Shown one piece after another: positions 28,574 to 37,109 of a DNA stretch of 64,000 nucleotides. The DNA comes from an uncultured Bacillota bacterium. GTDB taxonomy: Bacteria; Bacillota; Limnochordia; Limnochordales; ZCTH02-B6. The notes beneath the pieces are model-generated. The model did no database searches. It was given only the letters and a program-made list of their open reading frames with translations, and was not told the DNA's origin. Position numbers and translations under genes: made by a program. The stretch spans positions 67,218 to 131,217 of the forward strand of contig CALJUZ010000106.1 of the NCBI GenBank assembly GCA_937975235.1, read 5' to 3'. The first letter of the stretch is position 1; each line of letters starts with the position of its first letter.

Positions 28574-29598
28574 TCGTCGTCATGCGGAGCAGCGCCTCTC
28601 CGGAAGATCTGGAACGAGTCAAGGATCGGCTTCGGTCGTTCGGTTTCGCGGTGCACGAGTCGCGGGGCGTGGAGCGCCACATCGTGGGCGCCATCGGCGA
28701 GATCACGCCCGAGCGCATGCAGCAGATTGAGGCCATGGACGGCGTGGAGCGGTGCGTGCGCATCGTCCAGCCCTACAAGCTGGCCAGCCGCCAGTTCCGT
28801 CCGGAGCCGACGGTGGTGGAGGTGGGCGGCCGCCGCATCGGCGGCAGCGAGCTGACGGTCATCGCCGGCCCGTGCGCGGTGGAATCGGAGGAGCAGATCG
28901 TCACCGCCGCCCGCATGGTGAAGGAAGCGGGCGCCACCATGCTGCGGGGCGGCGCGTTCAAACCGCGCACTTCGCCGTACTCGTTTCAGGGCCTGGCGGA
29001 GGAAGGCCTGCGGCTGCTGGCGGTGGCCCGGGCCGAGACGGGCCTGCCGGTGGTCACGGAGGTTATGGACACCGAGGACGTGGAGCTGGTGGCCGAATAC
29101 GCGGACATGCTGCAGATCGGCGCCCGCAACATGCAAAACTTCCCGCTGCTGAAAGAGGCGGGGCGGTCCGGCAAGCCGGTGCTGCTGAAGCGGGGCCTGT
29201 CCGCGACCATCGAAGAGTGGCTGATGGCCGCGGAATACATCATCAGCGCCGGCAATCCCAACGTCGTCTTGTGCGAGCGGGGCATCCGCACCTTTGAAAC
29301 GGCCACCAGAAACACGCTGGACCTCAACGCGGTGCCCGTCGTCAAAGAGCTGAGCCACCTGCCCATCATCGTGGATCCTTCCCACGGGACGGGGAAGTGG
29401 CGGTACGTGACGCCCATGGCCCGCGCGGCCGTGGCGGCCGGCGCGGACGGCCTCATGGTCGAGGTGCACCCGGACCCGGAGAACGCGGTGTCCGACGGGC
29501 AGCAGTCGCTGAAGCCCGAAAAGTTCCACGAGCTGATGCGGGAAGTAAGCGCCGTGGCCCGGGCCCTGGGGCGCGAACTGGCGGCGGCGGTGGCCTGA
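28570..29598 (+). CDS. aroF: 3-deoxy-7-phosphoheptulonate (DAHP) synthase, type I-beta with an N-terminal ferredoxin-like regulatory domain
   Basis: 342 aa. The first ~75 aa form an ACT/ferredoxin-like domain ([21 protein letters not shown]...), as in the Thermotoga enzyme. The catalytic part has [31 protein letters not shown] and IVDPSHG. The GTG start overlaps the preceding stop (GTGA). Confidence 0.9.
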   Translation: MIVVMRSSASPEDLERVKDRLRSFGFAVHESRGVERHIVGAIGEITPERMQQIEAMDGVERCVRIVQPYKLASRQFRPEPTVVEVGGRRIGGSELTVIAGPCAVESEEQIVTAARMVKEAGATMLRGGAFKPRTSPYSFQGLAEEGLRLLAVARAETGLPVVTEVMDTEDVELVAEYADMLQIGARNMQNFPLLKEAGRSGKPVLLKRGLSATIEEWLMAAEYIISAGNPNVVLCERGIRTFETATRNTLDLNAVPVVKELSHLPIIVDPSHGTGKWRYVTPMARAAVAAGADGLMVEVHPDPENAVSDGQQSLKPEKFHELMREVSAVARALGRELAAAVA

Positions 29599-29599
29599 C

Positions 29600-30700
29600 G
29601 TGGCGCCGGCCGCCGTCGCCGTGGTCGGACTGGGCCTGCTGGGCGGGTCCATCGGCCTCGCCCTCGGCCGCCGGCCGGGGGCGAGGCGCGTCGTGGGCGT
29701 GGCCCGCGACCGGCGCACCATCGAGAAGGCGCTGGCCTTCGGCGCCATCGACGAAGGCACCACCAGCCTGGAGGAAGGCGTGCGCGAGGCCGACCTGGTA
29801 GTGTTCGCGACGCCGGTGCGGGCCGTGCCCGATTTGGTCCGGCAGGCCGCGCCGGCCCTCCGGCCCGGCGCCGTCGTCACCGACGTCGGCAGCACCAAGC
29901 TGGAGCTGTGCCGCACCGTGCCTTTGCTGCTGCCGCCGGGCGTGGCCTACGTGGGCGGCCACCCCATGGCCGGGTCCGAGCGGACCGGCATCGAGGCCGC
30001 GGACCCGTACTTGTTCGAGAACGCCGTGTACGTGCTGACCCCGACGACTCCCGATCCGGAGCCTCTGCGCCGCGTGCAGGCGTTCGTCCGGGCGCTGGGC
30101 GCCCAGCCCTTGGTCATGGATGCGGCCCGCCACGACCGCATCGTGGCCGCCGTCAGCCACCTGCCCCACATCGTGGCCGCGGCCCTGGTGTCCGCGGTGG
30201 CGGAAGCGGCCGAGCATGAGCCCGGCATGCTGGCCCTCGCGGCCGGGGGCTTCCGCGACACGACCCGCATCGCCTCCGGCGATCCCGCCATGTGGCGGGA
30301 CATTTGCCTTACCAATCAGCGGCCTTTGCTGGACATGATGGAACAGTTCGAGCGCGCGCTGAAGCGGTTCCGCCGGGCCATCGCGGAGGCCGACGGCGAA
30401 GGCCTGAAGGCGCGGCTTGAGGACGCGCGCGCGGCGCGCGAACAATTGCCCCGCCATCGAAAAGGAATTTTGAGCGCGGTGTATGAATTGGTCGTACAGC
30501 TGGCCGACGAGCCGGGCGCGATTCACGCGGTCACCGGCTGTCTGGCCGCGCAAGGGATAAACATTAAAGACATCGAGATTCTGCGGGTGCGGGAAGGCGA
30601 GGGCGGCACGCTGCGCCTGGCCCTGGAGAGCGAAGCGGACCTGGAGACGGCCATCAGGGAGCTCAACGCGGCCGGCTTTCCCGCGCGCAGGCGAGGTTAA
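29600..30700 (+). CDS. tyrA: Prephenate (or arogenate) dehydrogenase with a C-terminal ACT domain
   Basis: Rossmann motif [35 protein letters not shown]. The C-terminal ~80 aa are ACT-like. Confidence 0.9.
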   Translation: MAPAAVAVVGLGLLGGSIGLALGRRPGARRVVGVARDRRTIEKALAFGAIDEGTTSLEEGVREADLVVFATPVRAVPDLVRQAAPALRPGAVVTDVGSTKLELCRTVPLLLPPGVAYVGGHPMAGSERTGIEAADPYLFENAVYVLTPTTPDPEPLRRVQAFVRALGAQPLVMDAARHDRIVAAVSHLPHIVAAALVSAVAEAAEHEPGMLALAAGGFRDTTRIASGDPAMWRDICLTNQRPLLDMMEQFERALKRFRRAIAEADGEGLKARLEDARAAREQLPRHRKGILSAVYELVVQLADEPGAIHAVTGCLAAQGINIKDIEILRVREGEGGTLRLALESEADLETAIRELNAAGFPARRRG

Positions 30701-30721
30701 CGGAGAGGATTCCCGAAGTTC

Positions 30722-31429
30722 GTGGAGCAGGAGAACGAGAAGCGACAGGGGCTCGTTATCGCCGTGGACGGGCCCGCGGGCGCGGGCAAGAGCACGGTGG
30801 CCCGCCGGGTGGCGGCGGCGCTGAACTACCTTTACATCGACACGGGAGCCATGTACCGGGCCATCGCGCTGGCCGTCCTGGAGGAGGGCGTCGGGCCGGA
30901 CGACGGGGCGGCCGTGGAGCGGCTGGCCCGCGGGCTGGACGTGGAGCTGGTCCCGTCGGCCGCGGGCAACCGGGTGCTGCTGGAAGGCCGCGACGTCACC
31001 GAGCGCATCCGCGCGCCGGAGGTTTCCGCGGCGGTATCGCAGGTCGCGGCCCTGCCCGGCGTGCGCCGCCGCATGGTGCAGCTGCAGCGGCGGCTCGCGG
31101 CCGGCGGCGGCGTCGTCATGGACGGGCGCGACATCGGCACCGTCGTCTTTCCCGACGCGGACGTAAAGGTGTTTCTCACCGCGTCGGCGGAGGAGCGGGC
31201 CCGGCGGCGGTGGCTGGAGCTGCGGGCGGCGGGGCACGCCCCGTCGCTGGACGACATCCGGGCCAACATCGAAAGCCGGGACCGCCTGGACTCGACCCGC
31301 GACGTCGCGCCGCTGCGCAAAGCCGAAGACGCCGTGGAAATCGACACGACGGACAAAACCGTCGACGAAGTGGTCGACCAGGTCCTGGAGCTGGTCCGGA
31401 AGGAGCTGGACTCGTGCTCTACCGAGTAG
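30722..31429 (+). CDS. cmk: Cytidylate kinase
   Basis: IAVDGPAGAGKSTVARRVA...YIDTGAMYRA...GRDIGTVVFPDA. Confidence 0.93.
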   Translation: MEQENEKRQGLVIAVDGPAGAGKSTVARRVAAALNYLYIDTGAMYRAIALAVLEEGVGPDDGAAVERLARGLDVELVPSAAGNRVLLEGRDVTERIRAPEVSAAVSQVAALPGVRRRMVQLQRRLAAGGGVVMDGRDIGTVVFPDADVKVFLTASAEERARRRWLELRAAGHAPSLDDIRANIESRDRLDSTRDVAPLRKAEDAVEIDTTDKTVDEVVDQVLELVRKELDSCSTE

Positions 31430-32073
31430 CGCGGGGCATCGTGCGCTTTGTTTTGTTTCGCTGGTTCCGCATCACCGTGGAAGGCATTCACCATCTGCCC
31501 GAGGACGGTCCCGCCATCTTGGTCAGCAACCACGTCAACTACCTGGATCCTCTGGTCATGGGCGTCGTTTTCGAGCGGCCGCTCCACTTCATGGCCAAGG
31601 CCGAGCTGTTCGAGTTCCGCCCGCTGGGGTGGCTTTTGCGCCGGCTGTACGCGTTTCCGGTGCGGCGGGGCGAAGCGGATCGCGGCGCGATCCGGCACGC
31701 GCTGAAAGTGCTGGCCGACGGCCATGTTCTGGCCATGTTTCCCGAAGGCACCCGCAGCCACACGGGCGTCCTGCAGGATTTTCAGCGGGGCGCGACCATG
31801 CTGGCGCTGCGATCGGGCGCGCCCGTGGTGCCCATGGTGCTCCTGGGCGCCGCCGACGCGCTGGCCGGCGGGCGCAAAGTGCCCCGCCGGGTGCCGCTGA
31901 CGGTGCGCATCGGGCCGCCGCTGCGGTTTGAGAACGGGCATGGCGGCCCGGCCGTGACTGCGGCCAGCGACCGCATCCGGGCCGCCATGGCCGCGCTGTA
32001 CCCGAACGGCGCGAACGGGGAAAGCCGCTCCCCGTCGGGCTCTCATAACGATTTCGCGGCGCGGAAAGGATAG
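31414..32073 (+). CDS. plsC: 1-acyl-sn-glycerol-3-phosphate acyltransferase
   Basis: The GTG at 31414 has GGAAGGAG ~7 nt upstream and overlaps the cmk end by 16 nt. It has the NHVNYLDP (HxxxxD) and FPEGTRS motifs. 219 aa. Confidence 0.85.
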   Translation: MLYRVARGIVRFVLFRWFRITVEGIHHLPEDGPAILVSNHVNYLDPLVMGVVFERPLHFMAKAELFEFRPLGWLLRRLYAFPVRRGEADRGAIRHALKVLADGHVLAMFPEGTRSHTGVLQDFQRGATMLALRSGAPVVPMVLLGAADALAGGRKVPRRVPLTVRIGPPLRFENGHGGPAVTAASDRIRAAMAALYPNGANGESRSPSGSHNDFAARKG

Positions 32074-32213
32074 CTCGCGAAGAGGAAAACGGTCCAAATG
32101 CAAGAACCCGAGCAGAAAGAACCGCAATTTCAGCAGGATTCATGCGGATCAGCTCGAACTTGTGCGGGTAGTATAGTCTTTTTGGCCGATGCTTGTAGGG
32201 GGATGGAAAGCGC

Positions 32214-33683
32214 ATGACTGACGTGACGGACAGCAAGAGAGACGAACACACCGTCGACACCGCCGTGACGACGGACAACGGCGCGACGCCCGCCGAGGCT
32301 GCCGCGGACGAATCGGCCGCCGCGGACACGCCCGCCGTCGTTGCGGGCCCGGCCGGCACAGCCGAAGGACAGGCGGCGGAAGACGCCGGGCGGAACGACG
32401 GTGATACTGCGGCCGCCGGGACGGCCAGCGCCGGGGATGCGGAAAAGCCCGCCGAGGGCGGCGAGGACGATCTGCCGAGCATGGACGCGATGGTCGAGCA
32501 GTACGACGTGGCCGCCCGTACGCTGCACCGGGGCCAGATTATCGAAGGCCGCGTCGTGGAAGTGCGGGACGACGAAGTCATCGTCTACGTCGGCTACAAG
32601 TCCGAAGGCCGCATTCCCAGGGAAGAGCTGGGCCTGGCCGAGGGCCAGTCGCCTTCGGACGTGGTCAAGGTGGACGACAAGATTATGGTCCAGGTGCTGC
32701 GGGTGGACGACGAAGACACCGTCATCCTCTCCAAGCGCCGCGCCGACGAGCGCACGGCGTGGGAGCGCCTGACGGCCAAGTTTGACGCCAAGGAGCCCGT
32801 CGAGGCGCCCGTCACCGCCCGGGTCAAAGGCGGCCTGCTGGTGGACGTAGGCGTGCGGGGCTTCGTGCCAGCGTCGCACGTGGATCTCAACTTCGTCGAC
32901 GACCTGGAGCAATACGTGGGGCAGACGCTGCGGTTCCGCATCATCGAGCTGGACCGCCAGCGCCGCAACGTGGTGCTGTCCCGCAAGGAGCTGCTGGAGG
33001 AAGAGCTGCGGGCCGCCAAGGAAAAGGCGTTCTCGGAGCTGCAGGCCGGCCAGATCATTCCCGGCGTCGTGCGGCGGCTGACGGACTTCGGCGCCTTCGT
33101 CGACATCGGCGGCGGCGTGGAAGGCTTGCTCCACGTGTCCGAGATGGCCTACAGCCGCGTCGACCATCCGAGGGACGTGCTGTCCGAAGGCCAGGAGATT
33201 AAGGTGAAGGTGCTGGGCGTCGACCGGGGGCGGGAGCGCATCTCGCTCAGCCTGAAGGAGACGCTGCCGGATCCGTGGACCACCATCGAGGAGCGCTACG
33301 GCGAAGGGCAGATCGTCGAGGGCGAAGTGACCCGCACGGTGGACTTCGGCGCGTTCGTGAAGCTGGAGGACGGCGTCGAAGGCTTGGTGCACATCTCGCA
33401 GCTGGCCGACCACCGGGTTGAAAACGCGTCCGACGTCGTGCAGCCGGGCCAGCACGTCAAGGTGAAGGTGATCAACCTCGATCCCCAAGCGCGTCGCATC
33501 GGCCTGAGCATCAAGGCGGCCAACCCGAAGCCGCCCAAGCCCAAGCGCGAGCCGCGGGCGGAGGAGCCCATGACCTATAGCGACCCCGGTCCCGAGGGCG
33601 TCACCATCGGCGACGTGGTCGACGGCTTGAGCCAGCTGGGCGAGATGCTGGAAGAAGCGCGCAGCGAGCGGGAGGACCAGTAG
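32214..33683 (+). CDS. rpsA: 30S ribosomal protein S1 (four S1 domains) with an acidic low-complexity N-terminal extension
   Basis: It has repeated S1 motifs (GQIIEGRVVEV, VTARVKGGLLVDVG, IPGVVRRLTDFGAFVDIG, VEGEVTRTVDFGAFVKLE) and follows cmk-plsC as in Bacillus. The first ~90 aa are Ala/Asp/Glu/Thr-rich, so the true start could be the internal ATG near 32481. Confidence 0.9.
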   Translation: MTDVTDSKRDEHTVDTAVTTDNGATPAEAAADESAAADTPAVVAGPAGTAEGQAAEDAGRNDGDTAAAGTASAGDAEKPAEGGEDDLPSMDAMVEQYDVAARTLHRGQIIEGRVVEVRDDEVIVYVGYKSEGRIPREELGLAEGQSPSDVVKVDDKIMVQVLRVDDEDTVILSKRRADERTAWERLTAKFDAKEPVEAPVTARVKGGLLVDVGVRGFVPASHVDLNFVDDLEQYVGQTLRFRIIELDRQRRNVVLSRKELLEEELRAAKEKAFSELQAGQIIPGVVRRLTDFGAFVDIGGGVEGLLHVSEMAYSRVDHPRDVLSEGQEIKVKVLGVDRGRERISLSLKETLPDPWTTIEERYGEGQIVEGEVTRTVDFGAFVKLEDGVEGLVHISQLADHRVENASDVVQPGQHVKVKVINLDPQARRIGLSIKAANPKPPKPKREPRAEEPMTYSDPGPEGVTIGDVVDGLSQLGEMLEEARSEREDQ

Positions 33684-33712
33684 CCTCCTCCGGTGCGCCC
33701 GCAGGCAGACGG

Positions 33713-33749
33713 CGGCCTTCGCAGCTAGCGGCTGCGAAGGCCGTTTTTT
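33713..33749 (+). terminator. Intrinsic terminator after rpsA
   Basis: CGGCCTTCGCAGC-TAGC-GCTGCGAAGGCCG forms a 13-bp stem and is followed by TTTTTT. Confidence 0.85.
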
Positions 33750-33846
33750 CTTGCAGGCCCCCGGCTCCTCGGGCGCGCGGGAGCGCTCCGGCCTCGCATA
33801 CGGCGCCCGGCCTGCGGGCACGCTAGCCGGGAAAGGAGCGAGGCCC

Positions 33847-34584
33847 GTGCCGCTGGGTTTGATCATTCTCTTCGCGCTGGCCGCCCTCATCCTGTTCGGC
33901 GCGGCCCACCGCGCGCTGGACCGCATGCACCTCACGGACACCCAGGCCCTGGCCGTGCTGGGGCTCATCTTCGTCGGCAGCTTCGTCGACGTGCCCCTAA
34001 CCCGCGGACGGACGGAAATCAGCATCAACGTCGGCGGCGCGCTCATCCCGGCGCTCCTGGCTTTCTACGTCCTGGCCAGGGCCGGCACCTCGGCCGAGCG
34101 GCTGCGGGCCGGCGTCGCGTCGCTGCTCACCGTCGGCGTCATCTGGGGCGTCGCGCGGCTGACCGATTTCGGCCCCCACGGCGGCGCGCCCATGGTGCTG
34201 GATCCGCTGTGGCTGTTCGCCCTGGTGGGCGGCGCCGTCGCGTACTTGCTGGGCCGCTCCCGGCGGGCCGCGTTCGTGGCCGGCGTGCTGGGCGTCATCC
34301 TGTTTCAGCTGGCCGACGTCATCATGCATTCCGGCGCCGGGCGGGCCGCGTCGCTGGCTCTGGGAGGAGGCGGCTTCTTTGACGCGGTGGTGCTCTCGGG
34401 CGTCGTCTCCGTAGGGCTGGCCGAAGTCGTGGGCGAGACCCGGGAGCGCTTGCAGGGCGGCCCGGATCCCGACCGGCCGCAGCCGCTGAAGCAGGCGCTG
34501 AGCAACGAAGCGTGGGACCCGCCGCGGGCCGACGGCCCGCCCGGCGGCGGGCGCTCCCAGGACGGGGGTGGGGAGCATGAATGA
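33847..34584 (+). CDS. Polytopic membrane protein of unknown function (possibly DUF1614-like)
   Basis: The GTG at 33847 has AGGAG 8 nt upstream. It encodes 245 aa with ~6 hydrophobic helices and high GC3. The family name is a recollection, not a verified hit. Its 3' end overlaps the spoIIP start. Confidence 0.6.
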   Translation: MPLGLIILFALAALILFGAAHRALDRMHLTDTQALAVLGLIFVGSFVDVPLTRGRTEISINVGGALIPALLAFYVLARAGTSAERLRAGVASLLTVGVIWGVARLTDFGPHGGAPMVLDPLWLFALVGGAVAYLLGRSRRAAFVAGVLGVILFQLADVIMHSGAGRAASLALGGGGFFDAVVLSGVVSVGLAEVVGETRERLQGGPDPDRPQPLKQALSNEAWDPPRADGPPGGGRSQDGGGEHE

Positions 34585-35896
34585 GATCCCCGGGCCTGGC
34601 GCGCGGCGCGGCGGGCGCCCCGCTCCCGCCTCTCCGGGGCGCGGGCTGCGGGCCGTCCTGGCCGCGGCCGCGTGGGCGCTGCTTTTAACGTGCAGCCTGC
34701 CCGCCGCGGGACAGGCCGGCGCCGATGGGGCCGCGGGCCCGCTCGCAGCGCAGGAACCGTGGGAGGAGCTGTTTGAGGACTGGGTCGGGCACGACGGATC
34801 CCGGGGCTACTACACGTGGGTCGACGAGCAGGGCCGGCGCATCACCTACACCGCCATCGCGCCGGCCGTGGGCGACGAGTACATCACCGCCGACAACCGC
34901 CTATACGAAGTGACGGCCGTGGAGGAGAACCGGACGGTCCGGGCCCGGTTCGTGGAGGAAGTGGAGCTGTCGCCCGTCCTGCGGGGCGAGGCGGCCGAGA
35001 GCCGGCCTGCTCGCGTCGGTCCGTGGGCGGCTTTTTGGCCCTTCGGCGGTGCCGGCCGATCGGGGGAGGGGCTGGCGGCTTCCGCGCCCGCTCAGGCCCG
35101 GGGCGAGGACCAGGGGCCCATCGGCATCTACCACAGCCACAACGCCGAGTCGTACATCGAAACGTCCAACGACGCGTTCACTGAGCCGCACGGCGACATC
35201 GTCGAGGTGGGGCGCGCGCTGCAGGAAGCCCTGGAGCGGCAAGGGTATGAGGTCATTCACTCCACCAACAGCCACCTGCCCCACGACGGCGGCGCGTATC
35301 AGCGCTCGCGGGCGACGGTGCGGGAGCTGCTGGAGCAGGGCGCGGTGGCGCTGATCGACGTCCACCGCGACGCCATTCCCGCCGAAGTGTACCGCACCGA
35401 GGTGGCCGGCGAAGAGATGACCAAGGTGCGGCTGGTGGTAGGGAGGCAAAATCCGAACCGCGAGGCCAACCTGGAGCTGGCCAAGCGGGTCAAGGCGCTG
35501 GCCGACGAGCAATATCCGGGCCTGGTCAAAGGCATTTTCCACGCCCGCGGCAACTACAACCAGGACGTGGGCCCCCGCACGCTGCTCTTGGAGTTCGGCA
35601 CCCACGAGACGAGCCTGGACGAAGCCATCCGTTCCACCAAGTTCATCGCGGAGATCTTTCCCGCCGCGGCGGGCCTGGCGTCGGGCACCGGCGAGGCCGC
35701 GAGCGCCATCGGCGGGGCGGGGCTCCGCTCGGCCCTGTGGCTCCTGCTCCTGGCCGGCGCGGCCGTGTTCGCGTACTTGTGGATCAACGAAGGCACGCCG
35801 CAAGGCGCGTGGCGCCGGCTCAAGGGCTTTTTCCGGCGCGAAGCGGGCCGGGCCGCGGCCCGGAGCCGGCGCGGCGGCGACGGCGAGGCCGGCTGA
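34568..35896 (+). CDS. spoIIP: Stage II sporulation protein P (SpoIIP amidase family)
   Basis: An N-terminal signal/anchor is followed by IGIYHSHNAESY, LIDVHRDA, RLVVGRQNPN and LLEFGTHETSLDEA, which are typical of SpoIIP. The start (GTG 34568 or ATG 34577) is uncertain. Confidence 0.85.
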   Translation: MGSMNEIPGPGARRGGRPAPASPGRGLRAVLAAAAWALLLTCSLPAAGQAGADGAAGPLAAQEPWEELFEDWVGHDGSRGYYTWVDEQGRRITYTAIAPAVGDEYITADNRLYEVTAVEENRTVRARFVEEVELSPVLRGEAAESRPARVGPWAAFWPFGGAGRSGEGLAASAPAQARGEDQGPIGIYHSHNAESYIETSNDAFTEPHGDIVEVGRALQEALERQGYEVIHSTNSHLPHDGGAYQRSRATVRELLEQGAVALIDVHRDAIPAEVYRTEVAGEEMTKVRLVVGRQNPNREANLELAKRVKALADEQYPGLVKGIFHARGNYNQDVGPRTLLLEFGTHETSLDEAIRSTKFIAEIFPAAAGLASGTGEAASAIGGAGLRSALWLLLLAGAAVFAYLWINEGTPQGAWRRLKGFFRREAGRAAARSRRGGDGEAG

Positions 35897-35907
35897 CGGA
35901 GGGCGCC

Positions 35908-36837
35908 ATGGACGCGGTGGCACCGGTGGCCGTGGGCGTTGCGGCCGGCACGGCCGCCCGCCTCATCATGCTGCGCATGGACTACCGGCAGTTTCCGGGC
36001 TATCCCCAAGGCTATTCCATCCACCTGTCCCTGGGCTTCATCGCCGCGGCCCTGGGCGCCATCGCGCCGCCGGCCGTCGCGCAAGGCGATCTGGCCGCCG
36101 CGTCCTTCCTGGCCCTGGCGGCCACCCAGTTTCGGGAAGTGCGTTCGGTGGAACGCGAGACGCTGCGCAACATGGAGGACGCCGAGCTGGTGCCCAGAGG
36201 CTCCGCCTACATCGAGGGCATCGCCCGGGTGTTCGAGGCCCGCAACTATTTGACCATGCTGACCGGCCTGGGCGCGAGCCTGGCCGGGATCATCGCGCAG
36301 CGCTGGGGCCTGTGGTGGTCCCTGGGCGCCGCGGCCGCGGCCGGCGCTCTCGTCATCGCCGCGCTGCGCCCCGCGATGGGCGGCCTGCGCATCGGCGACA
36401 TCGCCTACGTAGAGAGCGCCGCGGTAGAGTTTGAGGGGCCGCTGCTAACGGTGGCGGGCGTGCAAATCATGAACGTCGGTCTGCCCGCGGCCCGCCGGAA
36501 ATATCTTGAGGAAGGCATCGCCGTCCGCATCCGCCCGAAGACGGCCAACGCCCGGGCCACGCTGGCCAGCGTCGGGCAGCGCCAGGCCATCGCCCACGAA
36601 GCCGCCCTGCTGCTGGGGCTGAAGATGGACGTGGACGAGCCCGAGATGCGCCCCGTCGCCCGCCAGAACCCTGACACCGGCGAGGTGGTCATGGCCATGG
36701 TGCCGGTGCTGCGCGACGAGCGGACTTTGATCCGGGCCATTGAGTACGTGCCGGTGCTGGAAGGCAGCGTCCGCAAGCCCGCTTCGTCGGGGCTGTGGCC
36801 GCCGGGGCGGGCCGGCGCAAGGGGCGGGCCGCCGTGA
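35908..36837 (+). CDS. YIEGIA-family membrane protein (B. subtilis YphB/SeaA-like)
   Basis: ATG at 35908 with ACGGAGGG upstream. It encodes 309 aa, contains the eponymous GSAYIEGIARVFEARNY motif, and has N-terminal TM helices. It lies upstream of der, as yphB does in Bacillus. Confidence 0.85.
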   Translation: MDAVAPVAVGVAAGTAARLIMLRMDYRQFPGYPQGYSIHLSLGFIAAALGAIAPPAVAQGDLAAASFLALAATQFREVRSVERETLRNMEDAELVPRGSAYIEGIARVFEARNYLTMLTGLGASLAGIIAQRWGLWWSLGAAAAAGALVIAALRPAMGGLRIGDIAYVESAAVEFEGPLLTVAGVQIMNVGLPAARRKYLEEGIAVRIRPKTANARATLASVGQRQAIAHEAALLLGLKMDVDEPEMRPVARQNPDTGEVVMAMVPVLRDERTLIRAIEYVPVLEGSVRKPASSGLWPPGRAGARGGPP

Positions 36838-36854
36838 CGGAAGGACCGCGCGTC

Positions 36855-37019
36855 ATGGCCGTCGTCACCCTGCGCAAAGACCACCCGCCCGGCGGCGTGC
36901 CGGTGTTCGCGGCCGACGACGAAAGGCAGCGGGAGCGCATCGCGCTGCTGCTGGCGAAAATTTTGCAAGGGGTCGTGCACGACCTGGAGAACGGCGATTT
37001 CATCATCGTGCGCCACTGA
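36855..37019 (+). CDS. Small protein partner of the YIEGIA protein (54 aa)
   Basis: ATG at 36855 with GGAAGGAC 8 nt upstream and high GC3. The sequence is MAVVTLRKDHPPGGVPVFAADDERQRERIALLLAKILQGVVHDLENGDFIIVRH. I recall small genes next to YIEGIA genes being annotated as a capping subunit, but this is not verifiable here. Confidence 0.5.
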   Translation: MAVVTLRKDHPPGGVPVFAADDERQRERIALLLAKILQGVVHDLENGDFIIVRH

Positions 37020-37045
37020 CGCGGGGAAGGGTCCCACGCCGGCGA

Positions 37046-37075
37046 TTGACGCCAAGGCGCCGCGAGTGGTATAAA
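37046..37075 (+). promoter_or_regulatory. Sigma-A-type promoter candidate for der
   Basis: TTGACG, 18 nt (ending in TGg), TATAAA gives an extended -10. It lies ~35 nt upstream of the der GTG. Confidence 0.55.
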
Positions 37076-37109
37076 GAAGGCCGAACGCTGAGTATAGCGA
37101 GGCTTTGAA

